DNA from: Phoronis australis
Lineage: Eukaryota > Animalia > Phoronida
DNA length: 64,000 nucleotides
Direction of reading: 5' to 3'
NCBI GenBank assembly: GCA_002633005.1
Contig: NMRA01000456.1
Coordinates: 200,095-264,094 of the forward strand
A model generated the notes under the pieces. It saw only the letters and a program-made list of their open reading frames with translations, ran no database searches and was not told where the DNA came from. Of this stretch, positions 52,600 through 64,000 are shown one piece after another. Position numbers and translations under genes: made by a program. Numbering within the stretch: position 1 is the first letter of the stretch; the number at the start of each line of letters is the position of its first letter.

Positions 52600-52910
52600 A
52601 GACGAGAGTTAGCAACGGAACGTTTCTACAGTTTGACGAGCGAACAAATAAAGACATTTGTTCTACTAGACGGCACTCTGTTCGGGGTTGTGGAATGTGA
52701 CATCGAAGCCCCAAGGCATCTGAGAGAGCACTTTTCAGAAATGCAACCTATATTCGAGAATATAGACATCAGCAGAGACGATATAGGAGGTTTTATGCGG
52801 GAGCATACTGAGAGAAACAAAACCATGACCATCTCTGGTGGGAAGTTTCTTCGGTGAGAAAATTCTGTTGCAATCCCGCTTCTGAAATGGCACAATGCAA
52901 GATTTGAGTT
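52600..52910 (+). pseudogene. Fragment of a Polinton/Maverick-like family-B DNA polymerase
   Basis: LFGVVECDIEAPRHLREHFSEMQPIFENIDISRDDIGGFMREH, followed after frameshifts by GEKILL..PLLKW, matches a motif block I recall from protein-primed PolB-like ORFs of invertebrate large transposons. Confidence 0.6.
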
Positions 52911-54345
52911 TCGTGATCAAGCGCAAAGATATGATCAAAAACACATCTGAACACTGTTGGTCACACTTAACAAATCAAACGAGCAAAATAGGTCAAAATA
53001 GTAGTAAAATAACCTTTTAAAAATTCACGTCGCCACCTAGTGGTAGAATATAAAACTATTTTTAATTACAAATACCAGAACAGCTTTGATGTTTATCCTG
53101 AAGACGTGTTCGAGTGTGAGAAAGGTCGTTATATTTTGTTGAAGAAAGGTATGTTCAATTAAGATTTATGAAGCACACGATAAAAAAATAAACAAAAGTG
53201 GACTTCAATTGTGGCCCACTCCCTGGTCTCCTCCGGCCCTGCTCCTGCATTGAATAAAAAGTCAATTGTAATCGGCAATAACACTTTCGTAACGATTTGG
53301 ATGAGTCTCATGAACATGTAAGTGTCACCAGGAAGGCATTACCACCTGGTAGTGCCTTTCTGGTACCATGAAGCACAAATTGTGTTATTTCATACTAATT
53401 AAGACGTGTAAAAGGCCAAACGTTGAACGCCCTGAATTTTTACTGAAGAACTGTATCAAAGGCATAAAGGTCCGAGTTAAGAGTATTCTTTTGGATGACT
53501 AAATTCTTCAGATGTACAGCAACTGTGAGGGATCCACATTCTAAAATCTTAGTCTTGAGAGGGCGGAATCTTTTGAATTATTGTAATTATTTTCTTGCTG
53601 ATTTAGTAAGTCATTTATATAACCTCACTGGTTCAATTAATTTTATATTACTATTAAACCCTGATATTTTTCGCATTTTGGCAAAATTCTGGGATTTTAG
53701 GGTAAATTTAAACTTGTGAAGTATGCGAAATGACATTAATGTATGAGTTTTTTTGTTTCTGGTATAATTTACACCATCAAAAATTGGTGAAGGGCTTTCT
53801 AATGATATGACTCTTATGCAATTTGGTTGAAAAAAGGCGGCGTTGCGCAACATTTTATTGACAGTAAATTCCATAGCACCAGGAAAATATTGAGAAGACA
53901 TTCCATCATAAGTTTTTATAATTCATGCTTAAACAGGTTGTTATTATTTATTTCGAATTATCTCTGTTTAACCTTTGGCTATTTTGTTCATGCTTCATTG
54001 TTCACCCACCCTGCCCCGTCCCATCCTTTCTGTTTCGCCTCGTACCGTACCGTCCCGTCCCGTCCCTGTCCCATCCGTTCCTCGTTCCATCGCCTTCCCC
54101 AAGTTGGTTGCGGTGGTTTATGTTGAAAGGCAAATGAGTTCTACCTGAGGAGTTGCTTGGAACTTTGCTTAGTCACACCAATGTGGCTTCGACAAGCTCA
54201 CCTATATATCGCATTGGTCAACAGGCCGAAACCAGCAATTTTATGTTTGATGTTTTGTCATTTTAGAATCATACAAATTCTCCAGTAGACATTACTACCA
54301 GGAACATGTGATATGCGAAGCGAATTTTAAAAAATACACGGCTAG

Positions 54346-55120
54346 GCTGAATTTGGATTTTAGTCGTCACATTGTCAGTAATAAACTTATAAGTTCAACT
54401 TATGAAAAAGATGATAGTTATAGAAAAATCCTTTTAAAGAAAATTGATAACTTGCAGCAAAATATTTAGACCTCTTATGCTAGTGTATGTTTGCCAATGA
54501 CGTACTCGGCGAATTTTCGCATGTCCGCAAGTTAGTGTGTTCTGATGAAAAGTGTCTCCCTCTCTGCTTGCTCTGTCTGTGTGTCCGCCCGTCTGTTCGT
54601 CCTGTCCGTTCGCCCCTCCCACCCACCATCCCATCCACACACCGCGGCAAATTGAAAACGATTTGGCTGTTTGTCAATAGTCTGGTAATAATTTTCAGAC
54701 CGCTTAGTGATTTTAAAACCTCAATAAATTTANGCTGAATTTGGATTTTAGTCGTCACATTGTCAGTAATAAACTTATAAGTTCAACTTATGAAAAAGAT
54801 GATAGTTATAGAAAAACCCTTTTAAAGAAAATTGATAACTTGCAGCAAAATATTTGGACCTCTTATGCTAGTGTATGTTTGCCAATGACGTACTCGGCGA
54901 ATTTTCGCATGTCCGCAAGTTAGTGTGTTCTGATGAAAAGTGTCTCCCTCTCTGCTTGCTCTGTCTGTGCGTCCGCCCGTCTGTTCGTCCTGTCCGTTCG
55001 CCCCTCCCACCCACCATCCCATCCACACACCGCGGCAAATTGAAAACGATTTGGCTGTTTGTCAATAGTCTGGTAATAATTTTCAGACCGCTTAGTGATT
55101 TTAAAACCTCAATAAATTTA
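54346..55120 (+). repeat. 388-bp tandem duplication joined at a single n (54733); likely scaffolding overlap
   Basis: 54346-54732 and 54734-55120 differ at only a few positions, and the junction is exactly the n. Confidence 0.9.
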
Positions 55121-55268
55121 AACGAATTGTTATTATTTCAAATTTGACATTTGATTTTTTTCTACTAGATCAAAAACGTAAGAATGACGTTATAAATCAT
55201 GACGTTTTAATGACATCAGCACAATCGACCATTTGCACATAGCGAAGGCAAAGCACTGAAAGTGAAAA

Positions 55269-55976
55269 ATGGAACATAATAATGGGTTCCGAGAATTCGA
55301 AGTATTAATAATCACGGCAGCGATGTGTTTTGGAATAATTGAACAGTTCTCAAGCGATGGGTCACAGAACTCGGACGAACCGGAAACAAACGAAGACACA
55401 GCTGATGAGGAAGAAGTAGAGTCGCGCTCTGATCGCAATTCATCTTCCGAATCAGTGGTTCCACCTGAAATTACGGTTGAACCCGCGACGTCCGAGGAAG
55501 ACGTTTCGTGCAATGAATCGCCGGAACGCAAGACTTCATCATCTGACTCAATTCAATTCCAAAGTTTTAGTGAATCTGTCAGCTCAATTAAAACCGACGA
55601 CGATGAGACAGACGACATCAACGAAACAGAGTCGTCAATAAACTGTTCCAACAGGCACTCCACAAGTGACGTTAGGAGCTCTGAAGAGGACAGTCTCCCC
55701 AAAACAAGATCGGAATTGGAGTATGAAAGATTCCTCGCATTTAATGAGATGATGCTTGAGAGATTAAAGCACATTGATGAATGGCCACCGCCCAGACCAA
55801 GTCTATGGAAAAGGTTCAAAAATAAATTTTATACATGTTTCCCGCGACTCAAGCCAAAACCAAAAGACAGAAGATACATCATTCATTTCCCCAAGCCATG
55901 GCTCAAGCCCAGGACCTATGATTGGTATCTTCCAGATCAATTTGACTGTATCGGATGGATGTGCTCCAGTTACTAG
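55269..55976 (+). CDS. Intronless 235-aa ORF of unknown function (acidic Ser-rich N-half, basic/aromatic C-terminus)
   Basis: Longest ORF in the window. TATAAA at 55191-55196, 78 bp upstream; good start context AAAATGG. No family recognised. Confidence 0.5.
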   Translation: MEHNNGFREFEVLIITAAMCFGIIEQFSSDGSQNSDEPETNEDTADEEEVESRSDRNSSSESVVPPEITVEPATSEEDVSCNESPERKTSSSDSIQFQSFSESVSSIKTDDDETDDINETESSINCSNRHSTSDVRSSEEDSLPKTRSELEYERFLAFNEMMLERLKHIDEWPPPRPSLWKRFKNKFYTCFPRLKPKPKDRRYIIHFPKPWLKPRTYDWYLPDQFDCIGWMCSSY

Positions 55977-58900
55977 CCTTGAAGGTAGATAAGATATTAT
56001 TTTCTGTTTTAAAACTAAGGAGCTCATGAACATCAATAATATTCATCTCTGAAACAAGGCTTGAACTGCATTAAGGTTTGATCATAATCCAATCGCAAAA
56101 TAGCAAACACAAAACGAAGCCAGTCAAACACTTTTTTCAATTTATACTTGCGAACATATTCTACGGTGGTGCTTTTGTCGATTTTTCTGTCCAAAATGAC
56201 AAGAGGGGTTCTCCAAGAAAGGGGGACGGGGGGGAAACTGTCGCTAAATTCATTGCGAAGAAATGCTTGCTACAGTGGTGTGGTCTTCCTTACGGACCTC
56301 ATATCTTGCCGTTGTCATCAGAATAACAAGTTAATAATGAGTGCAAGCACGTATCCATGAAGCCAGACAACTATATAGTTGGATCCGGGAGCTGTAAACC
56401 CATATAATTGTCTCTCGAAGATGCGCGTTCAGTCCTGTCTGAAAAGTCTTTTTTCCGGCCAACTCGACACGAAACTGATACCACCACAGAATGTACGGTC
56501 CCAATGTTTCTGTCACTCTTGCGTTTGATTAACCCTCGCCTTGTACCGCGTAACCAACACTTTAAAGCAACACAATCAAACAAGTAACAATGCTGTAAAA
56601 AGAGTGCTGCTACGAAAAAAACTCTGCGAAAGGGTTGTGTTATTATAGAAGATCCTTTTCAATCGCGCTTACTCCCTCAATGGGTGGGACTTAACCTCGT
56701 CAACTCTCTAACAGGTTGAATATCTCCCTGTGGCACACTTCGTCAAAGATACAATTGAGTACACTCCCCAAAATGAAAGTTCTGATAAGTGGCTACGCCT
56801 ACCATAGCTACCGTTATTAAGTCCCACAAAGGCAAATATAGCGGAAGTCCAGTGCATACGTACACTTTTCCCTTTTTAAATAATTCAATGAAACTACTAA
56901 CAGCAAGGAACCACCGACAATCACAAAAGGATCCTGGTGGAAAAACCAACTGATACCCACGGCGGTCCATGATTCAAGTCTTTGAGCCTATTCATAAATT
57001 GCTAAACCATTCACACCATCAGAGCTTCAGTCAAGAGAGCGTTATGTAGACATATTTTGCAGCCGGTAAATACAAGCTAATGCATTGCTTTCTACGGAAC
57101 TCAGCCCAGGTGTAACTCCGTTTAAACAGCTACATATACATGTACTTTGTTGGTATTCGGTTTTACTCTGAAATTATGCTGTTCAGGAAATATTTATACA
57201 CTTATACAATTACATCAAGACAGAAGTGCACCCATAGATCATTGGTTTGATGTTTTAGCGACAGGAAATTAATGTTGACGAAATACATCCTTCTCAAAAA
57301 TAGTCTTCGCAAAAACAAAATCACCTTATTCAGAAAGAAGGCGACTTACAGAATCGTATCTTCAAACTTCTCCCAGGAGAAAGGTGCCAAGAAAAGGGCC
57401 AAAAATAAATACAACGTTGATCACATGTGGTAGTCTCAAGTCGTCCGTTTATGAATGCCAAAATGTTAGGGATAGATGGAAGGGTGAGAATAAAAATTGG
57501 AAATGCGAAAACGCTTAACCCCGTAGGTTTCAACTCGTGGTCAGATTATCGGGATGTCTCACACTTACGTCACTTAGAAGGATTACCTAACTGTTCATCT
57601 ATCAAAAGTCCTTTTTAGCCATTGTTATAAGTGCTCGTCGAAGCCATTTTCAGATTGATGATTTTATGCTTAAATGTTTCAGTTGGATGCCGTAATGGAC
57701 GACATGGCGTATGGCCGACGACGATTCCTGCAGGTTAGAAACCCTAATTCACAAAACACTTCACAAATCCCTATGCATAACATAGTATCAAATTTGCCGC
57801 CACGTGTTGTGCCTTTAAAAGTCTAAACTGCATGGAGGCGTGTTTATGTGGTGACTCTTTCTCTCCGTTTTCCCGTATGCCTACTTTATGGCACTGTGTT
57901 TTTCATGGATAGACAACGTCGAACTTAGAATGATCAAGATTACAAATGGGTACGCGGTTGTAGTTCTGTAGCCTATCGCCATCATCGTCGTCGTCTTCAT
58001 CAACTTTATTGCCGTCGTCATTATGGCTTCCCAATTAATCTACACGTCTTGTTCATGCTTTTCAGTGTCTCCGCCCATCACTGCAGGAGACGTTGAAAGT
58101 TATTACGACGTGCTCTATGGAGAAGGTCGACCCTGTGATAGAATGTGACCATGTGAGTGCTCACAAGAAATCTAGCGAGTTGTCAAGTGTCCAAGAAATC
58201 ACAGAGAACCATATCTGGTCGATATCTCCGGAAGAAAACGACATTCTCACCGATGACACGAAGCTTCAGTTTTCTGCTCAGAAGATTCCACTGTCTCAAA
58301 TTCCTTAAAGACTTAATATGGTGCCAAAGTGACTATTTTTATATCTAAAATACATTTATAGATGAAAAACAACAAAATACTGTGTTACAGCATAAACCAA
58401 TCGTTAATTAAGTAGGCCTTTGACAATACAGTAGCCCCATCACGAACCCCATTTAGCGCCAAAAAAAATTGAGATGGCGTTTGCACTAATTGAAACCTAC
58501 GACATCATTTCAACGAATTTGGCAGATTCCCCGTGTCTCCATCGTACTGGAATCAGCGACGACTTAGCTGTTTAATTTATATCAAAATACGTGGAAATCA
58601 AGGAAACACGTTAATTGTTCATTTAATGTTAATTAATATTCACATTGATCAAAATTATTACCTTTTGTTCAACCATTTAGCACACATTCTAATACGGGCC
58701 CGTATGGGAATCCCCGGGAGGGTGACTGGAGTCGCCGAAACAGCCGGAAAAACACTTCGTCCGGATTGTTATCAGACAATTTCACAATGTTTATTATTAT
58801 AGTGTAGTTGGCTTGATATGAAAACTTCGATGTTAGGAACTTTGCATTCTTCTTGAAAGCGAAGGTGTGAATGCTGCGCGATTCCGATACGGGCCGCTAT

Positions 58901-60448
58901 CCGACGGTCGAGTGCGTGTCCCTTATTGGAATCGGCAACAATAGGCCGTTTAATTTGATGCAAGATACTTGGAAACGTTACAACACATATCAACTTGATG
59001 TTATCGTACAAAGCAATTATATTGAAATTCATTGACAATTTTATATTAGAAACTCAATTTTCAAGATAATTCGTCTTGAAATCCTGCAACCTGTAGTCGT
59101 CGCCATTTTGACTCGGTCAACCTCAAAAGATTGAAAATTCAATAGCAACACAACGTTGTGAGTGAGTATCTGCAATAAATTAAAAGTATGAAATAAATCC
59201 TGGATTGGGTGATAACATACAGAATTATAAGGATACGTAACCAATTGAACGTTTTAAATTCAATCAAAAACTATATTCCGATATGGGCCCCCAGAGAATT
59301 CCGTTAGGCCTACGGGAACGATCCTAATCCGAAAATTACGCTGGGCAAAAACATTAACACGAAACGTCGAAGTGAGCACTACAGATCTTAAATGTAGCCA
59401 GCCAGCCAGCTGTTTGAAGACTATCGCCAAAATACAGCTAGGTAATACTGTGAATTGAGCTCCGTTAGACCTTAGACTATAGTTAGACCACGAAATTTCA
59501 TACAGGCCGGATATGAGTTCTGTTGGTCACCTCCGGCGACGTGAAACTTATATCGCAGAGCCAGCGATCGGTCCACCGACAGGGTGCATGAAAAATCTGG
59601 GAAACAATTCCGACACTCACCTTGCCCGAAGCCAGTCATTAAAGTGAAAAATAATCTAATAAACGTCATTTTCTAGCTCAATTCTCCGCCTTTTGAGTTT
59701 TGTAACAAAGAAAGTCTGCCGTCGTTTTGAAAACAATACCTATGTATGATCGTCACACGCGCCGTCCTAAAATTTTGGGACATCTCTTGGGACATGATGA
59801 CAGTTTCGAAGCAGCAACGTTTGTTCCAAAATTCGGTTTGCTGGTCTTTAAAATACTAAAAACGAAATGAAACCAGTTGCGACAATTTGTTGTCGTGACA
59901 TGTACGCAACCTCGGTGGCAGCTAAGAACAGTTGTTAGAAGAATAAACATTGAAAAGAAACTGCACAGGTCAGGTGACCTAATCGCGGACTATTGCCAAT
60001 ATTCCAATAACAGACACCTCATATATAAAGCTCAAAGATACATTCACAACTACAGTAATCATAGTGCAATGCATTTATTCAAATATTTCTCAAATTCGAA
60101 ACTTAACTGGATTCCAAAGAGTTGACACCTAAGCCCAAACTCAGTGAACCTCTCATTTATAGCAGACAACCTGTATCATTTGTTAATGGTTCTTTTCCAA
60201 GAAGTAGCAGCCTTGCCATTTGAACTTCTTGAAATTTCAACCATCCTAGAAAACAGTCGTACACAGTGAACAAAAAAGTATGAGACTGTCAAGCATGAGT
60301 GACAGACATTTAAGCAGGGTAGACACACAATATAACATAGTGGCTGCCTCATAGTTTACCAATATCAAGCCTGGCACACACAGTATAGCATAGTCCCTGT
60401 CTCACAGTATATGACTGTCAAGCACACTGTAGCATAGTGGTCTCTTTC

Positions 60449-62735
60449 TCACAATCTTTGAGTCTTGTACTTAATAAATCGGATGAGGTTTGTTCTAGCT
60501 GTGGTCACTATGGCAAGATGATCTCCTAGAGTTTTCCTTTGCTGTGATATCTGAAAAGATACACGGAAGTGTGTCTCAAGTACAGCTTCTCAGCTTATGT
60601 GGACCTTATCAATTGTTTATTTAGAAGACAATTGTCAACAAAAAAATAAATTTTAATCCAGTAAAAGTACACATTTTCTGAAAGCAGAAAGTCTGCAAAA
60701 TTCGATTTTTCTCCCATTAATTGGATCATATGACCATGGCTTTCCAGTTAAATTTATGATAAAATAGATACATTCATACCAAAACAACAGAAACAATAAC
60801 TTTTATAACAAATGGACTTTGGTGGTGTTTTGTCAATACACTGCATTCAGTTTACATCCAGATAAGCCAAGTAGGATATCGGAAGCTATTGACATTCAAA
60901 TTCACAGACCAAGCCTGAACAGGGATTCTGGACCTGATCTCCCAGCGGTGTACTGGTACCTGCTACGGGATTCCCCTTGACATTAAGGAATCCCCATATT
61001 ATATTATTGTTTTATTCCACAACAACAGAGGGCGCAATTCAGTGGTGGTGAACCAAGTCCGGGACAAATGGACAAAATGGTTATACACCAACAACCTCAA
61101 AGTATGCCTTTTCGGTTCCACAAGGACCTTTATTTGAAATTATAATTCTTGCTGAAGTGTGCAATAGCTGTGATGCTGTATATAGAAATATCAGCACAAA
61201 AACCCAATGAAAACGTCAACCAATTATATAATACCCTTGAAACGTAAGAGTACTGGATTTGTACGATCAAAATTGACTTTTCTCTGCAATTGGACAAGGG
61301 AAACACCTTCCTGCTGTCAAAATGTTTCTTTTCAAGAATAAGTAGTTGATGCATGGTCAACTTGATCAGTCAGCTTAGCACTGTGCACCCACAATGCACT
61401 CTGCCACAGTGACTATGGCAGCTTTTAAACCTGGCGGATGCAATGTTTGGACTTCAAATGACTGAGTATTCACAGTTTGAGCAGTGGGTAAGTGTGGTGC
61501 TGGAAATTCAATGAAGTATGTTTTGTAGATGATTTCATATTTGTCCACTACTCCTTTCAGACTTTTATAACTAACAAAAACTTTAAAAGGCGATTTGTTT
61601 GTTTCACTATCAACCTCAAGAACCTACAGTAACTTTCAAAAAGAAGTTGGCAAATATCGTGAAGTTGACCTACATAAATTTTGGTACACAGTATGAACAA
61701 AAGCTTCGCTCTTTCAGACATACATTTAACAACTTTGTATAACTTATGGACTGATAGCCATGAAACCTACATGCCTTGCCAAGTGTTGATCAACCGGGAT
61801 TACCTATTTTCGTCCAAGATTTCCACTAATTGTAGCGAGTTGACCAGCACCACAAGCACATGCCATCAACTAAAGGAAGAACTGTTTGTAGTTCCATCTC
61901 AACACTGGAGATAAGACAAAAATTTGAAGTCAAACCAGTAAGCTGAGCACGCTCTGTAGGTGATCCTCTAAATATACTCAAATAAGCACTCATATAACAT
62001 TCAGAAGGAGTGAGTTACCTTTGATTTCAGTACAGGCACAAGTGGTTGTAGTTTGTCGATGAGACCAATGGATTTAACAATGGAATCTGTCTCATCCTCA
62101 GCAAACACATCAAATATAGCATCCAGCGACTCGGCTGAGACCCACAGTTCAGCATCTTTGCTTGCAACTTCCACCAAAAATAACCCGAAATTCTGAAAAA
62201 CAATATCACATAGACTTCAACAGTATTACAGTCCATTTAAAATTACGCCAACTACTCTAATTTTATGAGTACAATGCTTAGTTAAGATAAAACAATACAA
62301 TGTTGAAGCTCACCTTCAGTAGTTCCACATTAGCAGGTACAAGTTGTCTGGCTAAAATACAGCCCATGGTAGCTGACAAACGGACAGCGTTAGCACGGAC
62401 TTGGGCTTCGGAACACTGGCTGCCAATCTCGAACACAAATTGGGCTTCACTAGGACTGAAAGCGATGTCCTGAAACAAGCGTGTAGAACAGACGATTTAA
62501 ACACCAAAAGAATCTTCAGCATTCCACTTTAATTTATGTAGCCTAAAACATCATTATATTACCGAATACCACTTTGGTTCACACGAAACATTGAGACTAC
62601 ATCTCACATGCAAATCTAGAAGCCAAAGACCATACAACTATATAAGACTCACCTTGGTATCAAGTTGAACCATCGACTGTACTATTGCACGCAGAGCACT
62701 GGTTGCAGCTTCAAGAAGTTCAAGTGTGTTTAAAG
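60449..62735 (-). CDS. HEATR3: HEAT repeat-containing protein 3 (Syo1 homologue), last four exons; gene continues beyond the window
   Basis: Exons 62653-62735 (ELLEAATSALRAIVQSM), 62314-62469 (QVRANAVRLSATMGCILA), 62019-62192 (NFGLFLVEVASKDAELWVSAESLDAIFDVFAED), 60449-60550 (ARTNLIRFIKYK...*). These match the remembered HEATR3 C-terminus '[30 protein letters not shown]...KMNLRRFIAYQ'. Confidence 0.9.
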
Positions 62736-63169
62736 CTGTAAAGAGCACACACTAACGACACTCTTAAAGTAAACAAGATGTAAGTTTTCTGTTTCAACAG
62801 TTGTAAGATAAACTCGACTGAATTGTGTCCATAATAGAACAATGCCGTATACACTTACTAGGCAACAGAAAATAAGTATACTGGGTTTCAACATGAGATA
62901 TGTCTTAACTGAACTAATTGCCATTTTGATTTCACACTTATTGTAAAGGTTAAACAATTAGAAAGAAGAAAAATGGTAAATCAATGAAATTAGTGTCGAT
63001 TACTAAGTGAGCTTTCATTTTCGCAGAGTGGGCGTGCATCCAACAGTTGCAATTAGCCGCCTATAACAACAGTAAATTATTCATTGATACATCATTTCAG
63101 TAGCGTGTGTAAGAGCCCCTGGCCATCCTTCACTACTGACATCGCAAAAATATGTCGTAAACAAAATTT

Positions 63170-63600
63170 GTTGATCATTTCCTGTGGAACAGCGTGCTCA
63201 TTGGTTGCTCCAGAATAGGGAAGACATGCTGAAGTGGCGTGGCTCCAATAACGTGCTCGCGAGCCTTCCCACCCAGTTCATCCCACAAGTGTTTGATGGG
63301 GTTTAAGTTGGCAGACTTTACAGACCCCTGCATGCAGTTAATTGGCTGTTGATCCAAGAACGTGACGACAACTTGGCCACAACGAGGACTTGCATTGCAG
63401 TCCATGAATGTGAAGCCAACGCCTGCTGCACTTGCACAGTGTACAACATGTGCTGCCAGCGTCTCCTCCCTTTAGTGAGCAGACGACATGTTACCATCAA
63501 TGTGCACGAGATCAGTTCGACCGATATCAAAAATACTGGGCCATGCCATGATACTCCCACCACCACAGGGGTCATGTGGATGAACAGTGCAGTGGACGCT
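63170..63600 (-). mobile_element. Degenerate Tc1/mariner transposase relic in a HEATR3 intron
   Basis: Minus-strand fragments GGGSIMAWPSIF, FMDCNASPR (from QDDNARPH) and SANLNPIKHLWDELG (from SPDLNPIEHLWDEL), frameshifted. Confidence 0.8.
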
Positions 63601-64000
63601 GCACTCAACCCTTCTTCACTAGACTTTCGCTCTTCTATTAAAAAAATCTTAGACAAAATCTTGACTCATCTGTGAACAGAACATTTGCTCATAGGCGCCT
63701 TGACAATTGAATTCTTTTTGCTGTTTTATCTTGCCCTAATACAACTTCTGTGCATTGTCCAAATTTATGAACCATTTGGCAGGAAATGTTGATGTTCATG
63801 ACATAACGTGGGTTTTCTTTTAACTTGGCAGATTACTGGAAACAGTTCCATAGGGCAGTAGGCACAATATCAGTTCCCTAAGGATATTTTCTTCGTGGAA
63901 GACCACTTCTCACTTTTCTCTGCACATTTCTGGTATTGGCAAACTTTGAAACAGTTTGTGAAATAACACACTCATCTGCAACTTTGCTTCTACTATACCA

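Noticed and set aside
54346-55120. Tandem duplicated small genes (paired ORFs in the track)
   Set aside because: The duplicate junction is exactly an n, and the ORFs derive from low-complexity GTCC-type repeat sequence.

Overview
AT-rich, intron-rich animal genomic DNA, probably a marine invertebrate (inference from gene and repeat content). Most short ORFs in the track are exon fragments or noise. Reading splice sites by hand gives five spliced genes: a 5'-truncated RNF212-family meiotic ligase (+, 890-9519), TBC1D31/WDR67 (-, 9796-28750), Derlin-1 (+, 31338-41461, head-to-head with TBC1D31), a two-domain CDP-alcohol phosphotransferase + HxGH cytidylyltransferase fusion gene (-, 42037-49441), and the 3' part of HEATR3 (-, 60449-62735). 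There is also an intronless 235-aa orphan ORF (55269-55976). The two most interesting items are the fusion gene, which could both activate and transfer a lipid head group (a candidate phosphonolipid enzyme), and a complete ~510-bp miniature LTR retroelement (TRIM) whose LTRs contain a tRNA-like Pol III promoter. Other items are several MITEs, a degenerate Penelope-type hammerhead, Polinton-like PolB and Tc1 relics, and minisatellites. Two tandem duplications sit at N joins and are probably assembly artefacts. All homology calls come from remembered family motifs, not from database searches.
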